The notes under the pieces were generated by a model. That model did no database searches. It had not been told where the DNA came from and saw only the letters and a list, made by a program, of their open reading frames with translations. Position numbers and translations under genes: made by a program. Positions 1-9,365 of a stretch of 64,000 bases of DNA are shown here, piece by piece. Numbering within the stretch: position 1 is the first letter of the stretch; each line of letters begins with the position of its first letter. Source of the stretch: Dehalococcoidia bacterium (GTDB lineage Bacteria; Chloroflexota; Dehalococcoidia; UBA2979); the NCBI GenBank assembly GCA_963667465.2, contig CAXXDN010000001.1, positions 928,001-992,000 of the forward strand, in the 5' to 3' direction.

Positions 1-1
1 C

Positions 2-715
2 GTGGTGATCGACCCGTTCGCCCCGCGCACGGGCCCCAGCGTCCCCGCGCCCGAGTTCCTGGCCATGCTGCGCGAGTACACGCGCAGCGACGGCAGCCTG
101 CTGGTCTTCGACGAGGTGATCGCCTTCCGGCTGAGCTACGGTGGGGCCCAGGGGCTCTACGGCGTGACGCCGGACCTCACCTGCCTCAGCAAGATCATCG
201 GCGGTGGCCTCCCGATCGGCGCCGTCGCCGGCCCCGCCGACTACATGGACATCTTCGATTCGGCAACCGGGCCGGCGCTCACGTTCGGCGGGACCTACGC
301 GGCGAACCCGATGTCGGCCGCCGCGGGGGCGGCGGCGCTCGAGTTGCTCACTGCGGACGAGGTCGAGCGCATCAACGCGCTTGGCGCCCGGGCTCGCGAA
401 CTGGTGCGTGAGGCCTTCGCGGTCAGCGGCTACCCCGGCCAGGTGCTCGGCGTCGGTTCGCTGTTCCGGCCGCACCTGACGACGCGGTCGATCCGGGGCT
501 ACCGCAGCGCCCGCTGGAACGCCGAGGAGCGAGCGCGCGTGCGGCGCCTCCAGGGCCGCATGCTCAACCGCGGTGTCTCGATCTGGGAGCATCAGGCGCT
601 CTGCTCGATCTCTACGCCCATGGGCGACCCGGAGCTGGAACGGCTCGCCGAGGCGCTCACGGCCTCGCTGCGAGCGATGATTGCGGAGGGTGACGTCCCC
701 GGCGAGGCAGGCTAG
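2..715 (+). CDS. Aminotransferase class III (glutamate-1-semialdehyde aminomutase-like), 5'-truncated by window edge
   Basis: LLVFDEVIAFR, PDLTCLSKIIGGGLPIGA (PLP lysine) and GGTYAANP motifs. Confidence 0.85.
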   Translation: MVIDPFAPRTGPSVPAPEFLAMLREYTRSDGSLLVFDEVIAFRLSYGGAQGLYGVTPDLTCLSKIIGGGLPIGAVAGPADYMDIFDSATGPALTFGGTYAANPMSAAAGAAALELLTADEVERINALGARARELVREAFAVSGYPGQVLGVGSLFRPHLTTRSIRGYRSARWNAEERARVRRLQGRMLNRGVSIWEHQALCSISTPMGDPELERLAEALTASLRAMIAEGDVPGEAG

Positions 716-1842
716 TCGCGCCGTTCGTCCAGCACGATCGCCGCCTTGATCTCGCGCCACTCGCGCATCCGCTCCAGGGCGACGTTGATCTCCTCGAGCC
801 GGTAGCGATTCGAGATCAGGTCCAGCCACGGGAAGCGCTCCCGGTTGTGCGCGAGGAAGTCGAGCGCGCGCGCGTAGTGATCGACGCCGGCTGAGATCGA
901 GCCGACGACCCTGAGGTGCTTCCCCGTGATGTCGGATGGGCGCACCTCCACCGCCTCGTTGTGCCGCTGGCCAAGCACGAGGTAGCGCCCGCCGCGAGCG
1001 ATCAGGTCGATGCCCTCCGGGAACGCGCTCCGGGCGCCCGAGACCTCGATCACCACCTCCGGGCCACGACCCTCCGTCCAGTCGAGGATCCGGGCGCGCC
1101 GCTCGGACGGATCGGGCAGCTCACCGATGTCGAGGGTGTGCGTGGCGCCCCAGCGGCGCGCGACCGCGAGGCGCTCCGCGGGTCCGCCGATCACGATCAC
1201 GGCCGGCGCGCCCGAGCGGACCGCGAGCGCCGTCGCGAAGAGTCCCAGCGGCCCCGAGCCCTGGATCGCCACGCGGTCCGTGTCGCGGATCCGGCCGAGG
1301 CGATCGAACCCGTGGACCACGGTGCGGAGCGCGCACGAGGCGGCCGAGGCGAGCTCGTCGGGCACGACGTCCGGCACCCGCACGCGTCCGGCCGTGGGGA
1401 AGACGTAGCCGTATTCGGCGAACCCTCCGGTGAGATGGGGGAACTCCGTGCTCAGGGTCTGCGTGTAGCCGCGCCGGTGCTCGCACAGCGTCGGCTCATG
1501 CGCGACGACGCACTGGTAGCACTGCCCGCAGAAGCCGTGCGTGTAGACGATGCGGTCGCCCACGGCGAGCGGGCGGCCCACCGAGTCGTGAGTCACGCCC
1601 TCGCCGAGCCGGACCACGCGACCGACCATCTCGTGGCCGAGGATGCGCGGGAAGCGGTCGTGTGAGGCCTGCGTGTCGCCGTGCTGCACGTGGCCGTCGG
1701 TGGCGCAGATCGTCGCAACGAGGTGACGGACGAGGATCGCGTTCGGCTCGAGCTGCCTCGGGACGGGCACCTCGCCGATCTCGAGTGGCTGGCCGCGCCC
1801 CACCAGCAGCGCGGCCCGGCAGGTCTCGGGAATCTCGGTCAC
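712..1842 (-). CDS. Zinc-binding alcohol dehydrogenase (MDR family)
   Basis: ICATD...GHEMVG catalytic Zn site, CGQCYQC...C structural Zn site, GSGPLG nucleotide-binding motif. Confidence 0.92.
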   Translation of the reverse strand: MTEIPETCRAALLVGRGQPLEIGEVPVPRQLEPNAILVRHLVATICATDGHVQHGDTQASHDRFPRILGHEMVGRVVRLGEGVTHDSVGRPLAVGDRIVYTHGFCGQCYQCVVAHEPTLCEHRRGYTQTLSTEFPHLTGGFAEYGYVFPTAGRVRVPDVVPDELASAASCALRTVVHGFDRLGRIRDTDRVAIQGSGPLGLFATALAVRSGAPAVIVIGGPAERLAVARRWGATHTLDIGELPDPSERRARILDWTEGRGPEVVIEVSGARSAFPEGIDLIARGGRYLVLGQRHNEAVEVRPSDITGKHLRVVGSISAGVDHYARALDFLAHNRERFPWLDLISNRYRLEEINVALERMREWREIKAAIVLDERRD

Positions 1843-1981
1843 TCGCCCGGCCTCCGCCCTTGCGTGCGTTGCCCCGGCGATCGCCCCGGAGGAGCTTGTG
1901 GAGGCCGGGCCCGCTCATGTGATGGGGGGGGTAGCGGAGCGGACGGCACCGCTGTGAGCAGCTGACGTCCGCTCCCTCAGC

Positions 1982-3421
1982 TTACGCGGTGGAAGCAGGA
2001 CCCTCCTCGGTCGGTGCGGCGGTCTCGGCCGCCTCGGGCGGCGCCCCGTTGCCGTCCGGCGCGCCGTTGGTGGTCTGGACGCGTGGCAGGCTCTTGAGCG
2101 TGCCGAGGATGTCGATCCCGGTCAGGCTCTCGACGAGGTCCGGAAGCTGGGACACGACATTGGTGACATCGCCGGTCAGCTTGCTGGCGCCCATGGAGCC
2201 GTCCCCGCTGATCATGACGATCCGGTCCGTCTGACCGAGCGGCTGCGCGACGGCCGCGGCAACTTCCGGCAACGACTCGAGCAGCGTGTCGATGACAGCC
2301 GCCTGACCGTACTCCTTCCAGGCATCTGCCTTTGTTCGCATCGCCTCCGCTTCCGCGAGACCCTTGGCGCGAATCGCGTCGGCTTCCGCCTCGCCGCGGG
2401 CGCGGATTGCATCGGCCTCGCCGTTACCGTTGAGCGTGATCGCTTCGGCTTCGGCTTCGGCCTCGGCGACCACCCGGGTCTTCTCACCGGCCGCGATCGT
2501 TTCGAGGCGGTAGCGCTCGGCCTCGGCCGGGCGCTTCACGCCTGCCTCCAGCTCGCGCTCGCGTCGTGCGATCTCCTGCTGCTCGACCTCGATCTGCTTG
2601 GTGCGCTCGACGACCTCGACCTGGAGCTCCTGCTCGCGGATCTCCTGCTGCGTCATCGCCTCCTGCAGGGCGTAGGCAAGCTCCGCCTCGGCCCGGCGGG
2701 CGTTCGTCTCCTGCTCGTAGCGGGCCTTCTGAACGGCGAAGTCGCGTTCCGCCTCGGCGATCCTGGTGTCTGCGTCGTAGCGGGCCTGCTCCTGGTCGCG
2801 GTTCGCCTGCGCCTCGACGATCGTGGCGTCGCGCTGCGCCTCGGCACGCCGGATCGCCGCGTCTCGGGCGGCCTCGGCCTCGCCGATCTCGGCGTCGCGC
2901 GTGACCTCGGCCGTGCGCTTGCGTCCGAGCGCGTCGAGGTAGCCCTGTTCGTCGCGGATGTCGCGGATCGTGAAGCTCACGATCTCGAGGCCCATGTTCG
3001 CCATGTGCGGCCCGGCCACCTCGGACACGCTTTCGGCGAACGATTCGCGGTCCTGGTAGATCGCCTCGACGGTCATCGTTCCGAGGATCGCGCGCTGCGC
3101 GCCCTCGAGTGTCTGGAGGGCGACCTGCGCGATCTCGGACTCGCGCTTTCCGATGAATTGCTGTGCGGCCGTGCGGATCGCTTCCTCCGCCCGCGCCACC
3201 TTGACCTGCGCCACCCCGTCCACGGTGACGGCGACGCCCTCTTTCGTGTAGACGTTCGCCGTCTCGACAGGCAGGGTCATGACCTCGAGTGAGATGCTCT
3301 GCGCCTTGTAGAAGAACGGGACGACGATGACGCGGCCGCCGACCGTCACCTTCGGTCGGGAGCCGCCCCCCGACCTGATCACGGCCTCGTTGGGCCCTGC
3401 TACCTTGATGATTGGAGCCAT
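1982..3421 (-). CDS. Flotillin / SPFH domain protein
   Basis: PNEAVIRSG N-terminus, SPFH core (QTLEGAQRAILGTMTVE, MGLEIVSFTIRDI), AEA-rich coiled coil; SD GAGGAG upstream of ATG 3421. Confidence 0.92.
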   Translation of the reverse strand: MAPIIKVAGPNEAVIRSGGGSRPKVTVGGRVIVVPFFYKAQSISLEVMTLPVETANVYTKEGVAVTVDGVAQVKVARAEEAIRTAAQQFIGKRESEIAQVALQTLEGAQRAILGTMTVEAIYQDRESFAESVSEVAGPHMANMGLEIVSFTIRDIRDEQGYLDALGRKRTAEVTRDAEIGEAEAARDAAIRRAEAQRDATIVEAQANRDQEQARYDADTRIAEAERDFAVQKARYEQETNARRAEAELAYALQEAMTQQEIREQELQVEVVERTKQIEVEQQEIARRERELEAGVKRPAEAERYRLETIAAGEKTRVVAEAEAEAEAITLNGNGEADAIRARGEAEADAIRAKGLAEAEAMRTKADAWKEYGQAAVIDTLLESLPEVAAAVAQPLGQTDRIVMISGDGSMGASKLTGDVTNVVSQLPDLVESLTGIDILGTLKSLPRVQTTNGAPDGNGAPPEAAETAAPTEEGPASTA

Positions 3422-3463
3422 ATGCACTTCTCCTCACGTTGCCGGTCACCCAGCGAGTGCCGG

Positions 3464-4894
3464 TTACTTGTTTCCTCGTTTGATTATCCTGCGGATCCGG
3501 TCCGCCACCGCCGACACTAACACTCGCGTTCTCGATCCCGATTCCGGGAACGAGTCCGACACCTTGATCACCCCGCCGCTGTAGACGCTGATCACGCGCA
3601 CGTCCTGGCCGGCGCTGATGCTCGTCCATTCCTCGGTGGTGGCGGACCATTCCCGGTCGCCGATGCGGACCGTGCCGGACGGCGCCAGATCGGAGAGCGC
3701 GACCCCGCGCGCGCCGATCATCGCTTCGTCGGGCGTGCCGACGAAGGCGTCGGCCGACCCTCCCTCTCTCGCGAGGTTGAACAGCGTGAACAGCGCTCCG
3801 GCAAGCACCACCGTCATGGCGCCGATCAGCCAGCGGTCCACCTCGACCGCCGGCTCCGGGATCACCGACGACTCGAAGAACCCGCCGAAGATCAGGAAGG
3901 AGCCGACCAGGAACGAGACCACGCCGCCGGCGCCAAAGGCGCCGATGCCGGGCGCCTGCAGCTCGAAGAAGAACAGGCCCATCGCGAACAGGATGAGCGC
4001 CACGCCAACCCAGCTGACCGGGAGTTGCCCGAACGCGACGAAGGCGAGCAGCAGCGCGATCACTCCGACCACGCCCGGGCCGAACACGCCGGGGCTGAAG
4101 AACTCCGCCAGCAGCGCCAGGCTCCCAAGGCTGAGCAGGAGGTAGGCGATGTTCGGGTCGGCGATCAGTCCCAGGAAGCGCTCGAGCATCGTCTTCCTGA
4201 CTTCGCGGACGGGCAGGTCGGTCGGGCTCACCACAACGGTCCCGCTGGCGGTCTCGGCCGTACGGCCATCGACCTGGTTCAGCAGGTCGGCCATGTCGGT
4301 GGCGATCAGGTCGATGATCCCGAGGGCGATTGCCTCGTCCGCCGAGTAGGCGAGTGCTCTCGTGACCGTGTCCTCAAGAGCGGCGGCGTTGCGATTCCGC
4401 TGTTCCGAGATTCCCCTGATGAGCGCGCGGATGTCCTCGTTGACCTTGTCCCTCAGCGTTGGGGGCAGTTCCCCACCCGACGAGCTCACCGGCGACGCAG
4501 CGCCGATGTTGGTGGCGGGGGCCATCACGGCGAAGTTGGCGGCGACCGTAATGAACGTGCCGGCCGACGCCGCCTGCGCACCGGCAGGCGAGACGAAAAC
4601 GGCCACGGGCGTCCGGGACCCGAGGATCGCCTCGATCATGTTGCGCATGGAGTCGGCGCGCCCTCCGGGCGTGTCGAGCTCGATCACAATCAGCGCGGCG
4701 CCGTCGTCGGCAGCCTTGTCGATCGCCCTCGAGAGGTAGCGCTCGCTGACGGCGTCGATCACGCCGTCGAGCTTGATGAGGGCGACGTGATCGCCGTCCG
4801 CGCGTGCGGACCCGGGCCAGTGCGCAAACAACAGCAGGAGCAGGCCCGCAGCCACAGAGGCGAGGCCTATGCCGCGCGCTGTGCCTCTGGTCAT
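3464..4894 (-). CDS. nfeD: Long-form NfeD membrane-bound ClpP-class serine protease
   Basis: Signal peptide, LDTPGG and AASAGTFI motifs, NIGAASPV, TM block, C-terminal OB domain; immediately upstream of the SPFH gene. Confidence 0.9.
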   Translation of the reverse strand: MTRGTARGIGLASVAAGLLLLLFAHWPGSARADGDHVALIKLDGVIDAVSERYLSRAIDKAADDGAALIVIELDTPGGRADSMRNMIEAILGSRTPVAVFVSPAGAQAASAGTFITVAANFAVMAPATNIGAASPVSSSGGELPPTLRDKVNEDIRALIRGISEQRNRNAAALEDTVTRALAYSADEAIALGIIDLIATDMADLLNQVDGRTAETASGTVVVSPTDLPVREVRKTMLERFLGLIADPNIAYLLLSLGSLALLAEFFSPGVFGPGVVGVIALLLAFVAFGQLPVSWVGVALILFAMGLFFFELQAPGIGAFGAGGVVSFLVGSFLIFGGFFESSVIPEPAVEVDRWLIGAMTVVLAGALFTLFNLAREGGSADAFVGTPDEAMIGARGVALSDLAPSGTVRIGDREWSATTEEWTSISAGQDVRVISVYSGGVIKVSDSFPESGSRTRVLVSAVADRIRRIIKRGNK

Positions 4895-4950
4895 GCGATA
4901 GGGGCTCGGCTCAGCTGGACGTGATAATTCGGTAACATCGAGTGCATATC

Positions 4951-4979
4951 AGTATATACGAATGTTCGTAGGGGCGCCA
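4951..4979 (-). promoter_or_regulatory. Putative sigma70 promoter of nfeD-flotillin with palindromic operator
   Basis: Minus strand TGGCGC-N17-TATACT; inverted repeat TACGAA-tg-TTCGTA at 4957-4970 in the spacer; locally AT-rich. Confidence 0.45.
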
Positions 4980-5018
4980 GTGAGACAGGTTATGGCGCAC
5001 CGAGGCTGCAACGGGCAG

Positions 5019-5093
5019 TGGAGCGGGAGATGGGATTCGAACCCACGACCCTCTGCTTGGGAAGCAGATGCTCTACCCCTGAGCTACTCCCGC
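5019..5093 (-). tRNA. tRNA-Gly(CCC)
   Basis: Reverse complement folds as a cloverleaf: GCGGGAG acceptor stem, TCTGC-TT-CCC-AA-GCAGA anticodon arm, GGTTCGAATCC T arm, encoded CCA end. Confidence 0.97.
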
Positions 5094-5257
5094 ATCGCTG
5101 CTCCGGCAGGGGCACCATTAAGCGCCGCGCGCCATCGCGCGTCAACGCGCGCCTCGAGGCGAGCCGAACGCGGCAGCCGCTGCCATCGGCTACCATCGCG
5201 CTCGGCACGAGCACCGAACGCCCTCCGAGGGCGGGCATGGCCGAGCGGAGGTGAGCG

Positions 5258-6190
5258 ATGAAGTTCGGCGCGTACCTGATCAACCCGCCGAATCTGCCCT
5301 ATGCCGCCGGCGGCGCCTCCGCCTCCGACTACGGCGAGGCCGACAGCGTGACCTCGCCCGGCTACCTGCGTGAGTGCGCCCGTCACGCCGAGGAGCTGGG
5401 CTTCGACTCGATCTGGTTCCCGGATCACGTCGTCATCCCCGCCTCCTACAGCTCGCGCTACCCGTACCAGGAGTACGAGGGCGGCGAGTACCGCCGCTAC
5501 CCCTACGACGAGACCGCGTTCCCGGAGCCGATGACCGCCCTCGCCTACGTCGCGGGCGCCACCGACCGCATCAAGCTGCGCACCGGCGTGCTGATCCTCC
5601 CGGAGCGCAACCCCGTGCTCTTCGCCAAGGAGCTGGGCACCCTCGACGCGCTCTCCGGCGGCCGCGTCGAGCTGGGCATCGGCATCGGCTGGCTGCGCGA
5701 GGAGTTCGAGGCGCTCGGCATCTCCTGGCCGAACCGCGGCCGCCGCTGCGACGAGTACATCGAGGCGATGCAGGAGATCTGGAACAACGAGGTCGCCAGC
5801 TACCATGGCGAGTTCGTTTCGTTCTCGGAGATCCGCTGCGACCCGAAGCCGGTCCAGCCCGGCGGGGTGCCGCTGATCGTTGGCGGCCACACGAAAGCGG
5901 CGGCCGTCCGCGCCGGGCGCTACGGCGCCGGCTACCTGCCGCTCGGCTACCACCAGGCCAGCGACGGCTTCGAGTTCATGGACGCGATGCGCGAGGCCGC
6001 CGAGCAGGCCGGCCGCGACCCCGACGCGATCGAGCTCTCGGCCGGCGGCGCACCCGACCCGGACTACCTCGAACAGCTCGCCGAGGCAGGCATCGACCAT
6101 GTCTTCCTGCAGGCCTGGCAGCCGACGATCGAGGCAGTGAAGGAAGGCCTGCAACGGATCGCCGAGGACATCATCCCCAGGTTCCGCTAG
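5258..6190 (+). CDS. LLM-class (probably F420-dependent) oxidoreductase
   Basis: AEELGFDSIWFPDHV, LDALSGGRVELGIGIGWLREEF, PKPVQ motifs; SD GGAGGTG. Confidence 0.9.
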   Translation: MKFGAYLINPPNLPYAAGGASASDYGEADSVTSPGYLRECARHAEELGFDSIWFPDHVVIPASYSSRYPYQEYEGGEYRRYPYDETAFPEPMTALAYVAGATDRIKLRTGVLILPERNPVLFAKELGTLDALSGGRVELGIGIGWLREEFEALGISWPNRGRRCDEYIEAMQEIWNNEVASYHGEFVSFSEIRCDPKPVQPGGVPLIVGGHTKAAAVRAGRYGAGYLPLGYHQASDGFEFMDAMREAAEQAGRDPDAIELSAGGAPDPDYLEQLAEAGIDHVFLQAWQPTIEAVKEGLQRIAEDIIPRFR

Positions 6191-6246
6191 CGAGGATCCG
6201 CGAACGGCCTCGGTGTAAGGGAGTGCGTGTGACGGACGGTGAGGCC

Positions 6247-7497
6247 ATGGACCACCATCAGCGCTGGATCGAGTGGCGCGAGCAGACGCCCGCGCTGCGC
6301 GAGTACGCCTACATGAACTCCGGCTTCGCCGGGCCGGAGCGCATCGCGGTGCACGCCGCGATGCGCCGGCGCTTCGACCTCGAGTTGCTGCATGGCTCGA
6401 CGACGCGCCAGGCCCTCGACGATCGCTACGAGCTCGCCGACCGCTACCGCACCGTCATGGGGCAACTGCTCGGCGGCGCATCGCCGGACGAGATCGCGAT
6501 CACCGGTAACACCTCCGAGGGCATCAACATCGTCGTCAACGGCCTCGGCATGCAGGCCGGTGAGTGCCTCATCACGACCGGAGTCGAGCATGGCTCGGGC
6601 ATCGTGCCCGCCTACTACCAGCGCGCGCGCCATGGCTGCGAGCTGGCGATCGTGCCGATCGACGCGCAGGACTCGCCCGGGCAGCAACTGGAATCCTTCG
6701 TCGGGGCGCTCGACAGCGCGGAGTGCCCAATCAAGCTGGTCATCCTCTCCGAGATCTCGTACTCGACGGGGCAGCTCCTGCCGCTGAACGCGATCGTCGA
6801 GGAGACGCACCGCCGGGGCGGCCTCGTGCTCGTCGACGGTGCGCAGACGGCCGGGCACATCCCGATCGACGTGCGCGCGAGCGGCGTCGACTTCTATGCG
6901 ATCCCCTCGCACAAGTGGCTGTGCGGCCCGGACGGTCTCGGCGCGCTCTACGTGCGCGAGGACCTGATCCCGCTGGTCGCACCCACGAAGGTCTCGGGCC
7001 GCGCCGCCGCGGAGTACGACCTCGAGGGCGGCTTCGAGCCGGAGCGCGAGAAGATCACCAAGTACGAGCTGACGACGACGGCGACGGCGCTGATCGCCGG
7101 CACGATCGAGGCGGCCGAGTGGTACCTCGAATCGGGGCCCGAGGCCGTCTTCGAGCGGACGCGCGGGCTCAACCGCTACGCGGACGAGCGCTTCAGCCGC
7201 ATCGAGGGCGTCGAGGTGGTCAGCCCGCACCACGACGCGACACGTACGGGGCTGTTCTGCTTCACGGTCGACGGCCTCGAGGCGGCCGACGTGAATGCCT
7301 TCCTGCAGCAGGAGGGACGGGTCGTCTGCCGCTCGGTCGCGCAGTTCAACAGCGTCCGGCTCTCGCTGCACGCCTTCAACACCGAGGCCGAGATCGACCG
7401 GACCGCCGAGACGGTGGAGCGCGCCATCCTCGAGGGCATCCCCGACGACGTCGAGCCCGCGATTCCGCCGCAGCTCATGGCAGGCGGCGCGCCGTAG
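6247..7497 (+). CDS. Aminotransferase class V PLP enzyme (cysteine desulfurase / isopenicillin-N epimerase-like)
   Basis: NTSEGIN, EHGS, VDGAQTAG, PSHKWLCGP, RLSLHAFNT; start moved from the long ORF to ATG 6247 (GTG 6229 is an alternative). Confidence 0.87.
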   Translation: MDHHQRWIEWREQTPALREYAYMNSGFAGPERIAVHAAMRRRFDLELLHGSTTRQALDDRYELADRYRTVMGQLLGGASPDEIAITGNTSEGINIVVNGLGMQAGECLITTGVEHGSGIVPAYYQRARHGCELAIVPIDAQDSPGQQLESFVGALDSAECPIKLVILSEISYSTGQLLPLNAIVEETHRRGGLVLVDGAQTAGHIPIDVRASGVDFYAIPSHKWLCGPDGLGALYVREDLIPLVAPTKVSGRAAAEYDLEGGFEPEREKITKYELTTTATALIAGTIEAAEWYLESGPEAVFERTRGLNRYADERFSRIEGVEVVSPHHDATRTGLFCFTVDGLEAADVNAFLQQEGRVVCRSVAQFNSVRLSLHAFNTEAEIDRTAETVERAILEGIPDDVEPAIPPQLMAGGAP

Positions 7498-7512
7498 CGC
7501 GAGCGTTCGCGG

Positions 7513-9084
7513 CTATGGCCGCACGCCGCGGCGGCGCTTCGGGCCGCCGCCGAGCTCGTGCGGGAGCACGCGGTAGGCGTGCTCCACGAAGCGCTCGAGG
7601 TGGGAGCGCGTCTCGCGCGGGTCGATGATCTCCTCGACGCCGAAGGCCTCGGCGGTGCGGAAGATGTTGCTCATCCGCGCGAACTCCTCCTCGAGCTCCT
7701 GGCGGCGGGCGTCCGGGTCCGGGGACGCCTCGATCTCGCGGCGGTAGGCGGCCTCGACGCCGCCCTCGATCGGCAGGCTGCCCCACTCGCCGCTCGGCCA
7801 GGCGATGCGATAGCGGAGCCGCGAGTCGCCGGGGACCATGCCGCCCATGCCGTAGCACTTGCGCACGATGATCGTGATCGCCGGCACGGTGGCCTGCATC
7901 CCCGCCCAGGCAGCGCGGATGCCGCGGCGCAGTGTGGCCGCGCGCTCGGCCTCGGGGCCGATCGCGAAGCCGGGCGCGTCGACGAAGAAGACGAGCGGGA
8001 TGTGGAAGTAGTCGCACAGATCGACAAAGTGCGCCTGCTTCTCCGCCCCGTCGCCGTCGAGGGCGCCCCCGTAGGCGAGCGGGTTGTTGGCGATGACGCC
8101 GACGGGGTGGCCGTTGATGCGTGCGAAGGCGGTGATCAGGCTGAGGCCGTAGTGCGGCTTGATCTCGAAGATCGAGCCTTCGTCGAGCGTCGATTGGAGG
8201 ATCTTGTGCATCGAGTAGGGGCGACGGCGGTCGCGCGGCACGATCTCGGCGAGTGGCTCGGGGTCGGGCCGGGCGCCGTCGAACTCGGCGACCGGGGGTA
8301 GTTCGTGGACGTTGGAGGGCATGTAGGAGAGGAAGGCGCGGATCTGGCGGAACGCGTCTTCTTCGTCGGCGGCCTCGTTGTCGATGATGCCGGATTGGCG
8401 CACGTGGATCTGCGCGCCACCGAGCTCGCGCGGCGTCACCTCCTGGCCCATCGAGCGCCGGACCAGCGGAGGTCCGGCGGCGAAGACCGCCGCGGTCTCC
8501 CTCGTCATCACGCTCCAGTGCACGAGCTGCGAGCGCCCTGCCGGGCCGCCGGCGGCGTAGCCGAGAACGGCTCCGACGACGGGCACATGGAGCATCGCCT
8601 CGACGGCTTCCTGGAACTGGTAGTTGCCGATGACGAGCTGCGGGGCGCCCTCGGTAGCCATGGTCTGAACGCTGCCGCCGCCGCCCTCGATGAGCAGGAC
8701 GAGCGGGACGAGGTACTCGCGCGCGACGTCCTCGGGGAAGCCGCCGGTGTCGCCGCCCTTGTCGCGCTGCTTGAACTGCTTGGCGGAGCCGCCGCGGATC
8801 GTGAAGTCCTCGCCGCCGATCGCGACGTGCCGCCCATCGATCTTGCCGAGCCCCATCACGTAGGGCGCGGGCGTGAAGTCGGTCAGCCGCCCGTCCTCGT
8901 ACTCCCCCGCCCCGGCGAGCACGCCGACCTCGTGGAAGGAGCCGGCGTCGAGCAGCAGGTCGAGGCGCTCGCGGATCGTGTACTGGCCGCGCGAGTGCTG
9001 CCGCGCGATGCGGTCCGGCTCCCCGCCGGCGCGCGCCAGCTCGGTGCGCTGCGTGATCTCGTCGAGCCTGTCCTGCCAGACCAT
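7513..9084 (-). CDS. Acyl-CoA carboxylase/decarboxylase carboxyltransferase subunit, copy 2
   Basis: EDFTIRGGS, FVDAPGFAIG, RKCYGMGG, IIDPRETR; 523 aa. Confidence 0.9.
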   Translation of the reverse strand: MVWQDRLDEITQRTELARAGGEPDRIARQHSRGQYTIRERLDLLLDAGSFHEVGVLAGAGEYEDGRLTDFTPAPYVMGLGKIDGRHVAIGGEDFTIRGGSAKQFKQRDKGGDTGGFPEDVAREYLVPLVLLIEGGGGSVQTMATEGAPQLVIGNYQFQEAVEAMLHVPVVGAVLGYAAGGPAGRSQLVHWSVMTRETAAVFAAGPPLVRRSMGQEVTPRELGGAQIHVRQSGIIDNEAADEEDAFRQIRAFLSYMPSNVHELPPVAEFDGARPDPEPLAEIVPRDRRRPYSMHKILQSTLDEGSIFEIKPHYGLSLITAFARINGHPVGVIANNPLAYGGALDGDGAEKQAHFVDLCDYFHIPLVFFVDAPGFAIGPEAERAATLRRGIRAAWAGMQATVPAITIIVRKCYGMGGMVPGDSRLRYRIAWPSGEWGSLPIEGGVEAAYRREIEASPDPDARRQELEEEFARMSNIFRTAEAFGVEEIIDPRETRSHLERFVEHAYRVLPHELGGGPKRRRGVRP

Positions 9085-9365
9085 GCGCCGCCTCCCGGCG
9101 TCCGCGATCCCTCGTGCGCCCGCGGGTCGCCGAGAGGGTAGCGCGTCGGGGGAGGGCGCGTGGCGCTAGTGGACGGTGGGCAGCTCGTCGGCGTTGGCCG
9201 GGTGCGGGATCTCGATACCGCTGACGGCGGCGCCAGCGTCGATGGTCCGCGTAGATCTGCAGCGTGCTTCGCGAGCTGCCGCCAGTAGTCGACGCAGGAT
9301 CCGTCGCTGGCGTGCGCGGCGGTCGGAGAACGCGCCAGAACAGTCCGCAGGCGCCCGCGCCGCGC

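Noticed and set aside
1-5018. Genomic island integrated at the tRNA-Gly 3' end
   Set aside because: I found no integrase and no duplicated tRNA 3' fragment within the window; it cannot be excluded beyond the edge.
9166-9360. Possible small gene remnant between the duplicated carboxyltransferases (...TIDAGAAVSGIEIPHPANADELPTVH*)
   Set aside because: Only about 27 codons look coding, with no start codon or recognisable family.
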